A stretch of DNA of 64,000 nt, from the IMG/VR virus record IMGVR_UViG_3300025161_000004, positions 1 through 64,000 of that record; one strand, given 5' to 3'. Under the pieces are notes generated by a model. The model searched no databases. It was not told where the DNA came from and saw only the letters and a program-made list of their open reading frames with translations. Made by a program: the position numbers and the translations under genes. Positions 51,159 to 61,691 of the stretch are shown one piece after another. How positions within the stretch are numbered: the first letter of the stretch is position 1; every line of letters starts with the position of its first letter.

Positions 51159-51791
51159 TTATTTTATAATTCCCATAACCTTTAAACCAGCGTAGCCGAC
51201 AGTATATGCATCACTTAAATCAAAGGATAAATCCTTTAGCTCTTTTTCACCAGTGACTTTATTTTTTTTATAAAACCATTCAACATTTGGTTCTAACTTA
51301 GCTACTTTACTCCAAATATATAATTTCTTATCTATATCTTTAGGAAATGATAGTATTTCTTTCACTGTACCACTAACTACTTTTTTATGTACTAATTCAG
51401 GACAAAATAATTTTCTAGATTGATATACAGTAATTAAGTATGGCTCAACACCAAAAACTTCGTTTAATATATAACAAGCAATACCATTAAAAGCAAGTAA
51501 TTTTGCAGTAGTATTAATATTAACTGGTGTATTTGATAGCGGTGCTTCAACAAAAATATTTTTTATTTCGCACTCATATGTTGTAGCAATAATCTCTTTA
51601 TATTTTTTTATGTGCTCCTTAAAAAGTTTAGCTTTATATAGATATCTATTTTCTTCAGGTACACTGTTATCTACCTTTAATTGGAGATGCTTCAATTCTA
51701 CAAGTTTACCTTTTTCATCCCATAATGCCATGCCAACATTAGTTGTTGAGATGTCCAACGACCAAGAAAATTCTTTCAGCATAGATCCCAT
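51159..51791 (-). CDS. RuvC-like Holliday junction resolvase
   Basis: LDISTT..G, FVEAP and DLSDAY acidic residues. Confidence 0.8.
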   Translation of the reverse strand: MGSMLKEFSWSLDISTTNVGMALWDEKGKLVELKHLQLKVDNSVPEENRYLYKAKLFKEHIKKYKEIIATTYECEIKNIFVEAPLSNTPVNINTTAKLLAFNGIACYILNEVFGVEPYLITVYQSRKLFCPELVHKKVVSGTVKEILSFPKDIDKKLYIWSKVAKLEPNVEWFYKKNKVTGEKELKDLSFDLSDAYTVGYAGLKVMGIIK

Positions 51792-51991
51792 TACTTTTCA
51801 CCATGACCTTTATGTTCATCAATTAATTTTTGAAATCCTTTTGGATTATTTAAGTAAACCAAGATAAGGTCTTCAATAACCCCACCGATTTTCAAACTTT
51901 TTTCTTTACAAAACTCTTTGAATTTGTTATGGATATCACCATCGATTATTACCGACTTTGATTTTGTTTTTGTCATAACTTCATTTCCCAT
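51791..51991 (-). CDS. ribbon-helix-helix DNA-binding protein
   Basis: KSVIIDGDIHNKFKEFCKE..LKIG. Confidence 0.6.
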   Translation of the reverse strand: MGNEVMTKTKSKSVIIDGDIHNKFKEFCKEKSLKIGGVIEDLILVYLNNPKGFQKLIDEHKGHGEK

Positions 51992-52070
51992 TGTAATCCT
52001 TATTTATTATCTATAAATACTTTGGATTTTATAAAAAAATAGAGAAAATTGTATTTTTTTATAAAGCAAA

Positions 52071-52799
52071 TTAGAAGTCTAAACTAAACAAAATCGTTCT
52101 AAACTTGGTGGAATCCTTCTGTACAGGATAATTGAATTTACCTACAGCTAAAAGCTCATTATTATCGTTAAATAAACCAACTTCGCTAATGTATACACTT
52201 GAGACACCATCCCATGTAGGATTGGTTGTGGAATTATATTCCCCCAATGGTAATTGGATTGCAATGTCTGTAGTATAAACTGTAGCTCCAATATCAGTTT
52301 TAACATTACCAAAAAAGAATACTTCTTCACCAAAACCCAATTTATTGGTATCACCAGATAGTGATGAGGGAATATTTAAATAATCCAAATTATAAATTGG
52401 TGATGTATTAATTTGTGCAGATGTTATTTTAAAAACAGTTCTTTCTAATGAATTTTTTGTGATAGCAGCACCTACTGTATGATCAACTAATTGATTAGTA
52501 ACATCGATTTTTTTCCAGAATTGAGATGGTGCTGTTACAGTACTACCAGTACCATCAACAACTTGCACTATGGCATTTATCTTTGTAGCAGTCCACCCAG
52601 TTCCACTAGTACTATCCATATCATTTAAAAATGGAAATGAGTTCACTGGAAAGAAAAAATTCAAATCTTTACCATTTAAAGTATCAGTTTCTAGTTTCTG
52701 AATATAATTACAATGTAAAGATTCGTTTAGTCCTAAACTAGTTCCACCAGAAAATGGTGCTCCCTCAAAATTATACGTTAAAAATACTGTTTTAGCCAT
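52071..52799 (-). CDS. baseplate/tail structural protein
   Basis: C-terminal YISEVGLFND..ELLAVGK...PVQK, typical of tail-collar/baseplate domains. Confidence 0.7.
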   Translation of the reverse strand: MAKTVFLTYNFEGAPFSGGTSLGLNESLHCNYIQKLETDTLNGKDLNFFFPVNSFPFLNDMDSTSGTGWTATKINAIVQVVDGTGSTVTAPSQFWKKIDVTNQLVDHTVGAAITKNSLERTVFKITSAQINTSPIYNLDYLNIPSSLSGDTNKLGFGEEVFFFGNVKTDIGATVYTTDIAIQLPLGEYNSTTNPTWDGVSSVYISEVGLFNDNNELLAVGKFNYPVQKDSTKFRTILFSLDF

Positions 52800-52820
52800 A
52801 TTTTATAAATACATCATCAA

Positions 52821-54059
52821 TTAAATTAGTGGTGTCCTTTGTGCCTTAATATCCCAAAAATGATTAGGATACACTAATGAAGTATTACCAGCAAAATTCC
52901 AAGTATCACCTGCATCAGTAGTAACCAATGTTTTTGTTAAACCATCAAAACTAAATAATGGTATTATACCATGTTGATTATCAAAAAAATCCATCACCTT
53001 ACCTTTGTAGATTGAAACCGATATAAAACCATTACCTGATGTATTAATATTGGTAGTTGTCCATGAAATACCACCATTTATAGATTTAGCTATCTTATTA
53101 ATAGTATTAGCACCGTTTGTACCTGCAATAATAACAATATTCTCAGATAACGCTTTAACTGCTGAAACTATCATATCTGAAGGAATTGTTACAATGCTCC
53201 ATGATGTTCCACCATTAATTGTTTTATATAGAAAAGTATCACCCACAACATAACCAATATTATTAAAGAATGATATATCAAGATACGATCTATATATAGG
53301 CATTACTGTTGGTGCTGTTATATTTGACCAAGTTAAACCACCATTAATGGTTTTAGCAATAACAGCACCACCACCAATAGCTGGGAACGTATTTATTGTA
53401 TAACCAGTATTAGCATTAACAAATTCAAATTTAGACATTGTCATATAAACACCTTTAGGAATTGGGCTATATAACAAGCCACCATTAATACTTCTATAAA
53501 GATATGTATCTGTTATTGGTGAACCTATTATTGATGTTGTTTCATTTATAGCAAAAATGGTGTTGTTATTTGCTTCTGCTATGAATGATATTGATGACGA
53601 TATGTTCGTCCATGTACTACCTCCATCTATCGTTTTATATAGTGTTCCGTTATTTCCAAGAACATATCCAACATTATTAACAAATGAGCTAGAAATTAAT
53701 GTGCGTGATGGTAATGTGGGTGCGGATAATACATTATTCCATGTACTACCGCCATTATTTGTCTTGTCTATCTTAGATGAAGCACCAACAATATAGTATG
53801 TTTTAGGTGCTATTGTTGTTGTCATGGCAGTTGTGGTTGTTGGTAACGCTGCCACATTTACTGGATACGTTACAGTTCTATTAGTATTATCACTAACAAC
53901 AATAAAATAATTACCAGAATTAACATTAGTGAATTCTGTTAATCCAGATGCGCTTAAATTAACAGTCTGTACAATATCACCATCGACAGTTGATTCTCTT
54001 AAATCTGCAATAAATGGTGGTTTGTTCCCTCTTATTTTAAATCGTATTATCGATGACAT
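52821..54059 (-). CDS. virion accessory protein: Ig-like domain, Thr-rich linker and BNR/Asp-box beta-propeller
   Basis: Repeated (K/S)TxxGGxTW motifs and a PTTTTAMTTT linker. Confidence 0.75.
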   Translation of the reverse strand: MSSIIRFKIRGNKPPFIADLRESTVDGDIVQTVNLSASGLTEFTNVNSGNYFIVVSDNTNRTVTYPVNVAALPTTTTAMTTTIAPKTYYIVGASSKIDKTNNGGSTWNNVLSAPTLPSRTLISSSFVNNVGYVLGNNGTLYKTIDGGSTWTNISSSISFIAEANNNTIFAINETTSIIGSPITDTYLYRSINGGLLYSPIPKGVYMTMSKFEFVNANTGYTINTFPAIGGGAVIAKTINGGLTWSNITAPTVMPIYRSYLDISFFNNIGYVVGDTFLYKTINGGTSWSIVTIPSDMIVSAVKALSENIVIIAGTNGANTINKIAKSINGGISWTTTNINTSGNGFISVSIYKGKVMDFFDNQHGIIPLFSFDGLTKTLVTTDAGDTWNFAGNTSLVYPNHFWDIKAQRTPLI

Positions 54060-54063
54060 TATA

Positions 54064-55614
54064 TCACGAAATTACTTTTATCACTGGTTCTGTCTGACAT
54101 TCAGGTGTACCAGTATCTATAACTGTTATTTGATATGTATCGGCAGATAATCCAGTAAATACATTACTTTCTTGTATGATATTTACTGAACCACTTGTTA
54201 ATTTATAGAACAGCGAGCCAATATTACCTGTAACACCATTTACTATTATAGTGTTACCACTAACAATAACTTGATCATCATCAATTTCAATACTACATGT
54301 TGGACATAACGTAAAGTTAAATCCTGCGATAGGCTCTGGTAAAGTCCAATTTCTATTGGATTTATATGTCATTGCGAATAACAATTCCTGATCTTCTATA
54401 ACAAAAATTTTTAAATCATTAAAAACTTTGCCTACAACATTACCATCCTGATCAACCAAATTATGATAGACAGTATTTAAATTTGGTAAAATATCTCTCG
54501 ATGATGCATCCGATGTTAATGTTAGACCAATATTACCATCGGTTCTTTTATGCCACATTATTGTTGGTAATTCTAAAACTGGTGTTGATTCATATAATAA
54601 CTCACCATATTGATTTGATGGTGAATTATTAGTATAATGTATAATACCAATCTTCTTTATTTCTGGATTTAATTGCTGAATATACTGTATAAACCCACCA
54701 AAAGCACTGCTATAGTACTGTGAAATATTCCTATTCCCAACTTGTACACCAGCAATTTCTTCTGTAAACACTATACTCATATTCCATACAGGAACATCAA
54801 CAGTAGAACAATTACAGTTCTCAAGAAAAGTCAATACACTTTCATCTACAAAATCAGTAATATATGGCTTACCATAATAATTCTGAATCGAATCTCCAGA
54901 TACTAATCTGTTATTGCTATTTGGGTAAATAAATACACTTGAATATATTGGTGATCCTACATAATTATTAAAGTTCGGTAGATTTCTATCTACCTTTATT
55001 AATAGATTATTGTTGGCAAGTGTCCCACTTATAATATCTTCAATTTTATACCATAATGTTGCAACATTTTCAACTTTAAAATTAACAGTACCAGCACTTA
55101 TATTGGGATTAGCCCATTTAACTAAAATATAATCACCAATTTGTGGCTCATTAATATTTGCCACATAATTTGGTGATTTAATTAATGTCATATAATACCC
55201 ACCATTAATAGTACTAATATCAACCATAGCATCAGGTTGCTTAACGATAGTAAAATCATTCTTAAATGTAAAAGTGCTACCTGAACTATTAAAGAAACCT
55301 CTCTCAGTTGCAGTGTTTACAATAACACTTGTTACTGATGGTACACTATTTAATGGTGTATATATTGTATCTCCAGATTCACTGAATTCATTTCTTTTAA
55401 TAAAATGAATAAAATTTGGGTTAGCATCTTTGGGTCTTAAAATATTGGCAAAAAATGGATTAAAATTAATACTATTGTAAAAGCTATAATCTATCTCACT
55501 ATCCCCAATAGCCCATTTTGTAAAATTAAGTCTACCTTCAGCCAATGCTTTTCTACCTGCATTGGTTAGTTTTATATTAATGATTGTTGGATTGTTTTTT
55601 AATATAAACGACAT
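54064..55614 (-). CDS. baseplate/tail structural protein
   Basis: KLTNAGRKALAEG...WAIGDSEIDY N-terminus, typical of tail-collar domains. Confidence 0.72.
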   Translation of the reverse strand: MSFILKNNPTIINIKLTNAGRKALAEGRLNFTKWAIGDSEIDYSFYNSINFNPFFANILRPKDANPNFIHFIKRNEFSESGDTIYTPLNSVPSVTSVIVNTATERGFFNSSGSTFTFKNDFTIVKQPDAMVDISTINGGYYMTLIKSPNYVANINEPQIGDYILVKWANPNISAGTVNFKVENVATLWYKIEDIISGTLANNNLLIKVDRNLPNFNNYVGSPIYSSVFIYPNSNNRLVSGDSIQNYYGKPYITDFVDESVLTFLENCNCSTVDVPVWNMSIVFTEEIAGVQVGNRNISQYYSSAFGGFIQYIQQLNPEIKKIGIIHYTNNSPSNQYGELLYESTPVLELPTIMWHKRTDGNIGLTLTSDASSRDILPNLNTVYHNLVDQDGNVVGKVFNDLKIFVIEDQELLFAMTYKSNRNWTLPEPIAGFNFTLCPTCSIEIDDDQVIVSGNTIIVNGVTGNIGSLFYKLTSGSVNIIQESNVFTGLSADTYQITVIDTGTPECQTEPVIKVIS

Positions 55615-55649
55615 CGTACAATATTTTAACTATAAATACAATCTAAAAT

Positions 55650-56579
55650 TTATTTATAAAAATCTTTTAGGTGTGATAATTCATTAATTATTTGAACATA
55701 ATTATAATTGCATGTACCCCCTTTTATTTTAGAAAAATCCTCACCAAATGGCATCTTGTTGGTGTATTTTCCTTTGTAGAATTCACCTTTGCTATCGGAA
55801 ACTACTCCAGCGTTATGATAGATTTTCACTCTTTTCCAGTCATCAATACCCCAATTACACCATGCAAATTCCATATCTCTATGTACTACAGTTTCAATGC
55901 CATATAACCATAAATTCCATAGTAATGCCCACATATCTGCAGTCCATGCCTGTATGGGATGATTTGGACTATAAATATTTGATGTTTTTTTCATTAATTT
56001 ATATAAGGTAATCGAATCCTTTTCGCACTTTTCGAATAGTTCATAGTTTAATGAATTTTTTGGTAAAATATATTGTGCACCACCACTATTCATCTCATTA
56101 TTTTTAACCATATCAATATCGATACCAACAACATCACACATTAATTGTAATAATTCTGGTGATTTACTTTCAATATACTTTGCACCAATATAAGATATAG
56201 TATCTGAAACATATGCAGTATTTGGTTTTTCAATTATTGATTCCCAATCAAATTTTTTAGTGAAAACAATGTCGGAATCATGATAAAATATATCATGTCC
56301 ATCAATTAAATGATAGTGGTTCTTATATAAATCATATAAACCATAAAATCTCAGTGATGGTATATATGTTGTTTTATCATTTCTTTTATCTTTAATTAAT
56401 ATAACTCTATTACTATTTTTTATAATATATTTTTTCACATTTTTACTGACTTTACCAGTAATTAAAAACATAACATATGAATCACTTATATTATATCCAC
56501 ACTTTATAAATTGGTGGTCAAACACTTCGTGTTGCCATATAAAATATTCTGTTGCTGGTTGTATTGATAAAAATTTCAT
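55650..56579 (-). CDS. GT-A fold glycosyltransferase
   Basis: DxD motif FYHDSDIVF, GGAQY, WTADMWA and HNAG. Confidence 0.7.
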   Translation of the reverse strand: MKFLSIQPATEYFIWQHEVFDHQFIKCGYNISDSYVMFLITGKVSKNVKKYIIKNSNRVILIKDKRNDKTTYIPSLRFYGLYDLYKNHYHLIDGHDIFYHDSDIVFTKKFDWESIIEKPNTAYVSDTISYIGAKYIESKSPELLQLMCDVVGIDIDMVKNNEMNSGGAQYILPKNSLNYELFEKCEKDSITLYKLMKKTSNIYSPNHPIQAWTADMWALLWNLWLYGIETVVHRDMEFAWCNWGIDDWKRVKIYHNAGVVSDSKGEFYKGKYTNKMPFGEDFSKIKGGTCNYNYVQIINELSHLKDFYK

Positions 56580-56666
56580 TTACTTAAAAAATTTAAATAC
56601 ATGTAAGCAATACACTAGTATCATATGGTGTATAATTTATTGTTGTATAGTTCAAGATTCTATATC

Positions 56667-56927
56667 TCATATGTCTGGTGGTTCTGTTGTTGTAGGCTCT
56701 TCAGTTGTTGTAGGTTCAACACAGTTAACTATAACTGGCTGATTGTATACATTACCAAAACCATCAGTTACTTTAATGTAATAGCTCCCGTTTTCAACAC
56801 CATAAAAAAAATATGAACCAATTGTTGAAGTAGTTCCACTCTGAACTATTTCATTTAGAACATTAAATAATTCATATGTATAATTAGGTATTCCTTTAAT
56901 GATTGTAAATGATATTGTAGCTGCCAT
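56667..56927 (-). CDS. small Ig-like virion protein with a PTTTE tail
   Basis: G.PNYTY and Y.IKVTD..G, C-terminal EPTTTEEPTTTEPP. Confidence 0.65.
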   Translation of the reverse strand: MAATISFTIIKGIPNYTYELFNVLNEIVQSGTTSTIGSYFFYGVENGSYYIKVTDGFGNVYNQPVIVNCVEPTTTEEPTTTEPPDI

Positions 56928-56944
56928 AATTTAACTATTTTTTA

Positions 56945-57571
56945 TTAAATACAAGGTACATCCTCACAATTAGAGTAACTAGTAACTCCAATAATAGAAT
57001 GTGTGGGTGACGAATATGTATCTTTTGCTATTATTAGACAAACCTCACCACTATACAGTGGATAGTACCCGCCTATAACTCTCGGTACACTTCCATCAAC
57101 AATACCAAATCCGTATGGTATACAAGATCCACAAAAATACAATTCAACACTATAATTCAATAATGGTGGTTCTGTTGTTGTAGGTGCTTCTGTAGTTGTT
57201 GTTGGTGCTTCAGTTGTTGTAGGTGGTTCTGTTGTTGTTGGTGCTTCAGTTGTTGTAGGTTCAACAATAGGATCACAAGTCACATTCACATTTATAATTT
57301 GAACAGGTTCGATACAAGTAGGATCAAAAAATGTTGAATCAAAAATTAATTGATTTTTTATGTCTAAATCAATAGTACCAATAAAATCTATAAAATCATT
57401 AAGTCTTTGAAGATATTCACTATCACTTAACTCAGATAATTGTATCGGAGTTAATGCCGAATAAGTATCAAATGAATCTAATAAGTTATACTCAGTAGTA
57501 GCTGTTACTGTAGTAATACCACTTGGTCTTATCTCAACACATTGTATAATATATCTTCTTTTATTATTCAT
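56945..57571 (-). CDS. virion protein with a mucin-like PTTTE(A/P) repeat linker
   Basis: EPTTTEAPTTTEPPTTTEAPTTTTEAPTTTEPP. Confidence 0.7.
   Translation of the reverse strand: MNNKRRYIIQCVEIRPSGITTVTATTEYNLLDSFDTYSALTPIQLSELSDSEYLQRLNDFIDFIGTIDLDIKNQLIFDSTFFDPTCIEPVQIINVNVTCDPIVEPTTTEAPTTTEPPTTTEAPTTTTEAPTTTEPPLLNYSVELYFCGSCIPYGFGIVDGSVPRVIGGYYPLYSGEVCLIIAKDTYSSPTHSIIGVTSYSNCEDVPCI
57168..57265 (-). repeat. coding 18-bp tandem repeat (PTTTE[AP])
   Basis: About 5 imperfect copies of ccaacaacaacagaacca-like units. Confidence 0.8.
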
Positions 57572-57582
57572 TTCTTATAAAA

Positions 57583-60500
57583 TTAGCTTGAAGTTATAAC
57601 TTCAACATCCTCAATAAATAGTATTGGTTGACTCACACAAACACTCGCATCTGCCCAGCTATAAATTGTTTTTGCTTGTTTAGTTTTAAATTCGCTACCA
57701 TCATCACCTAACCATTCTAATGATGGATCAAAATTTACACCTCTCTTGTACGTAAATTTTTGTCTAGTAAATGATGTATTTCTAATTAAAGTACCACCCT
57801 TTCTTAAAATTACAGTTGCAGGTAAAAGATCTGTAATGAATCTTTCAAAGAAAGTACTGAATTTTGCTATAAATGGAAATACATTGCTAAATGTATAACC
57901 ATTACTATGATAAAAATTATTTTCGGGTAAAAAACTAACTTTTAAATATTCTTCATATATTTTTAATACCGTAGGATAAAATCCACCATTATTATCTGTT
58001 ATAATTTTTCTTGTTTTAGCATTTATTAATTTTCTTGTAACCAATTCAAGATATTCCAAGAAACTTAATTCGCTTACATTTGGGAATATTAAATTTGATG
58101 GTAAAAATGAAGATTGTGTTCCTTCACCAACAACATAATATACGCCAATAACATCACCATAGTTTAGTGAAGCTGGTAAAAATATTTGGTATTTATTACC
58201 CGAATTAAGTGTAAAATCAGTCCCATTTTGAAGTGTTATACCATTAATTGTGACTTTTATTGATGCAATATCAATTGCTTCATAATTCATATTATATATG
58301 AACTTATTTATACCTGCGTTAAATGATAACTTATTAGATGAAAATGAATCAACTCTATGTACTTCAAACTTTTTATTTAAACCTTCATTATTAAGTTGTT
58401 CTATATATGATATCATTACAGTTGGATTTGACTGTAAATAAGTAACTAACGATGCGTTTTGAACTACAATTTTATCTTTTGTCGGTGCAATTATATAATC
58501 ACCAGTAAACAATGAAGTGCTTTTTGTTAGAGAAATACCATTTATAGTCAATTGGATATCACCACTATCACTGAGTGTGTAATTAGGTGGTAATGGTATC
58601 TCAACACCACTAGGTAATGCTGTGATAGTTGTAACGATATATTGAATTGAAGAATAATCACCACTCAAACCATTATATCTATCATGTAGATATGTTAATG
58701 TAATAACATCTTTTGAGCCATTACTATGCTTTCTCGCATATTCATTAATCAATTGTACAGTTGTGTTACTTAATTGTACATAATCAACACCCTTTTCTAA
58801 TGTTATACCATTAAAATTAACCTGAATATCTCCCAACGCTGTTTCGCCATTAATAACTGTAAACGTATTAGCTGACTCGCCATAAGTGAATGGGATATTA
58901 ATATATAAGTATGGTTTAGTAACTCCAGTAGTACTAATTGGATAATTAGTTAACTTATTATAAGTATATACATCGTATTCAATACCTCTTGCAGTATCAA
59001 GAGTGGCATCAATTTCTTTTGTATTAATAATTAATTTACTATCACGCTGAAAGTATGCAGGTGATGAATAATGTTTTCTCTCAACAAAACCTGCTTCTTC
59101 CCATGATTTTTTATTATCTACTATTCTATTAACTGAAAATCCAACTCTTCTGAATAAATTAATATATTCCTGACCACCATCAGTATCACCACTGATTTGG
59201 AAAAAAAAATCATTATTTTCTTTCGGAGCTATAGGATAACCCTGACTATTATATGGTAATGATGGTGCACCGATATCTTCTAGTGTTAAATTAACCCTAT
59301 TAGGATTTATTCTACCATCAACAGTATAAACATATTCTGTTATGTCAACAAATGGTTCAGGAATACCAATAAGTCTAAGCATTGATTTTAATGCTGCTCT
59401 AGTACCTTTTGATTTCCAATAATAATTTGTATTAATTATTATTCTTCTCCATAATTCAATATCAATTTCATATGGTAATCTAATTTGATTCTCTTCGGTT
59501 TCAAATTCTGAAAAAAATGCATTTTCTAAGTCTTCATCCGAAACTAAATTAACTGTATTCCACCCTAATGTTTTAGCTAGATTTTTAACTAATGTATCTG
59601 ATAAATTATTTTTCTTATTATAGGTTACAGTATTTGCATATGCAATTGCATCGATATATTGTCTGATATTATCAAATTCTCTACCATATATTCTAAGTAA
59701 TTTAGACATTTTCATCTCATCAGTCTGATCATATACTTTCAGAGATGTTGTTGTTAACAATCTATAAACTAAATCTGTTTTGAAACTATCATATAACTCA
59801 CCTAAATTCATTAAACTAACCAAATATTGTGAATATTGTGAGCTATCAATATCTATATTATACTGATCAAATGTTGTCCATATAAACGATCTCTCAGTAA
59901 AGATTGTATTACCATCATCAAGCAATACTGGTTCTTTAAATTCAGTAATAAAACCACTATTATCATCAGTTCTTCTTGATAATAAATGTTTCTGTAGTGG
60001 CTCTAATTTGGAATAGAATAAATTATATTGTCTCGGATTAGGTTTTATGTGATAATTAATGCTTGCAGTACTTGCAGTATTACCACTAATTTCAGGGAAG
60101 GGATTACCATTAACTTTGAATCTTAAAATTGGATCTTGTATAGTGTCACCAGTATATCCTAAAATATAATGTTTGTTATTATCAGGGTCACTACCTTTCC
60201 ATATAACATAATTCTGATATGATAAATTTAAATTACGTATCTCAGAATTATCTGGTGTTGCAAAATTATTTCTTGCAGTTACTATACCGAATTTATTATC
60301 AATATATTGTTTCGGTACTTCAAATGTGCTTATATTCGTTACTGGATCATAAATAAAATTAGCTATAGTGAAATTACCGTTTACAGTAATATTTTTATAG
60401 GCAAATAAACTCGCAGGGAATTTTTTTATAATTTCTTGAACAGCTACTCTTAGTATTTCTTTAGTTGATCCAAATTTAGCATAGGATTTTAAATCCGATT

Positions 60501-60759
60501 TGTCAAGATTTAAAACTACATTCGATGTTAATGATACAATTTGATTAGATTCATTTTCAGTTAACTTAAGATTTTCAAGAGTTATTGGTGTAACAAAAGA
60601 AGTGATTTTATTTTCATATTTGGTTATTTTTCTACCAGTAAAATTTGACTGAACAGAAAAAGCACCAAGACTAAAAATAGTTTGTGACGCATCATTAGTG
60701 AAATTACCACCAATTAAATCTGCATTTTGTCTTTTATTAATAACCTTTATCTTTGCCAT
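57583..60759 (-). CDS. baseplate/tail structural protein (baseplate I/gp7-like region)
   Basis: LAKTLGW and ELWRRI..N..Y.WKSKGTR.AL..MLRLIG, repeated NGITL..G.D[YF] domains. Confidence 0.75.
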   Translation of the reverse strand: MAKIKVINKRQNADLIGGNFTNDASQTIFSLGAFSVQSNFTGRKITKYENKITSFVTPITLENLKLTENESNQIVSLTSNVVLNLDKSDLKSYAKFGSTKEILRVAVQEIIKKFPASLFAYKNITVNGNFTIANFIYDPVTNISTFEVPKQYIDNKFGIVTARNNFATPDNSEIRNLNLSYQNYVIWKGSDPDNNKHYILGYTGDTIQDPILRFKVNGNPFPEISGNTASTASINYHIKPNPRQYNLFYSKLEPLQKHLLSRRTDDNSGFITEFKEPVLLDDGNTIFTERSFIWTTFDQYNIDIDSSQYSQYLVSLMNLGELYDSFKTDLVYRLLTTTSLKVYDQTDEMKMSKLLRIYGREFDNIRQYIDAIAYANTVTYNKKNNLSDTLVKNLAKTLGWNTVNLVSDEDLENAFFSEFETEENQIRLPYEIDIELWRRIIINTNYYWKSKGTRAALKSMLRLIGIPEPFVDITEYVYTVDGRINPNRVNLTLEDIGAPSLPYNSQGYPIAPKENNDFFFQISGDTDGGQEYINLFRRVGFSVNRIVDNKKSWEEAGFVERKHYSSPAYFQRDSKLIINTKEIDATLDTARGIEYDVYTYNKLTNYPISTTGVTKPYLYINIPFTYGESANTFTVINGETALGDIQVNFNGITLEKGVDYVQLSNTTVQLINEYARKHSNGSKDVITLTYLHDRYNGLSGDYSSIQYIVTTITALPSGVEIPLPPNYTLSDSGDIQLTINGISLTKSTSLFTGDYIIAPTKDKIVVQNASLVTYLQSNPTVMISYIEQLNNEGLNKKFEVHRVDSFSSNKLSFNAGINKFIYNMNYEAIDIASIKVTINGITLQNGTDFTLNSGNKYQIFLPASLNYGDVIGVYYVVGEGTQSSFLPSNLIFPNVSELSFLEYLELVTRKLINAKTRKIITDNNGGFYPTVLKIYEEYLKVSFLPENNFYHSNGYTFSNVFPFIAKFSTFFERFITDLLPATVILRKGGTLIRNTSFTRQKFTYKRGVNFDPSLEWLGDDGSEFKTKQAKTIYSWADASVCVSQPILFIEDVEVITSS

Positions 60760-60770
60760 CTATAAAAATT

Positions 60771-61682
60771 TTAAGATACTTCTGATGTTATAGCATCAAA
60801 GTCTTGTGTCAAATCTAAATTGGTTCTTCTTTGCTTAACTTCATATAGTGAGGTTGAATCTATATCTTCTTTGATTTCATATAAATCAAATTGTCTTAAG
60901 ATATTTCTGTTTTCATCATACAATGTTAATATACCATTATCTACATCTTTAATTTGTTCACCTGCAACCATACTTACTAATGTATCCAAAGTATTTTCAA
61001 CAAATTCAACTTCAATAGCTAAAGGATTAACATTTGTATTTGACATTAAAATTGTCTGATTAGGATTACCAATAAATGGCGTAACATTCGGTTTTACACT
61101 CGATGCTGAACTTGGTGTGACCTGTAAAAATAATAATGTACCGTTATCATCGAATCTATATCTAATTGCTGTTTGATTAGTATTACCAATATTTTCAGTT
61201 ACAGGTACTACCTTATTTGAGGATACAACATATCTAACGGTATTTCTTAATTTAGTACCATCTGAATTAATATATTCAATTCTATAACCCTGTAACGCAT
61301 TATTTGCTAATAACGAAGCATCAAAATCATCAAGCTCATTACCATCAATAATAATACCCTTTACTGTAGGTAATGCCGATAAAACCCCACAATCGACTAT
61401 CCTTAATCTCAATACCTTAGGTCTAATATAGATTGTATAAATACCAATACTATTAAAAATATTGGCAGGTAATTTGAGATTATACAAACCCTCTAATAAA
61501 TTCTCTTCTAAATCAACCTGTTCATCTTGGGGTAAACGTAGTTCGGTTAATACATCTGTAGGATTTAGTCTAAAGACCTGAGTTGGTTCTTGTTCTCTTG
61601 TTGATACAAATGTGTAGAATACATCCAAATCAGTGACTCTGATATCCGATGCTCTTATTCCTGAGTAAGTTCCTGTTGCCAT
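60771..61682 (-). CDS. phage structural protein
   Basis: 303 aa, located in the tail module. Confidence 0.72.
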   Translation of the reverse strand: MATGTYSGIRASDIRVTDLDVFYTFVSTREQEPTQVFRLNPTDVLTELRLPQDEQVDLEENLLEGLYNLKLPANIFNSIGIYTIYIRPKVLRLRIVDCGVLSALPTVKGIIIDGNELDDFDASLLANNALQGYRIEYINSDGTKLRNTVRYVVSSNKVVPVTENIGNTNQTAIRYRFDDNGTLLFLQVTPSSASSVKPNVTPFIGNPNQTILMSNTNVNPLAIEVEFVENTLDTLVSMVAGEQIKDVDNGILTLYDENRNILRQFDLYEIKEDIDSTSLYEVKQRRTNLDLTQDFDAITSEVS

Positions 61683-61691
61683 ATATATCTA

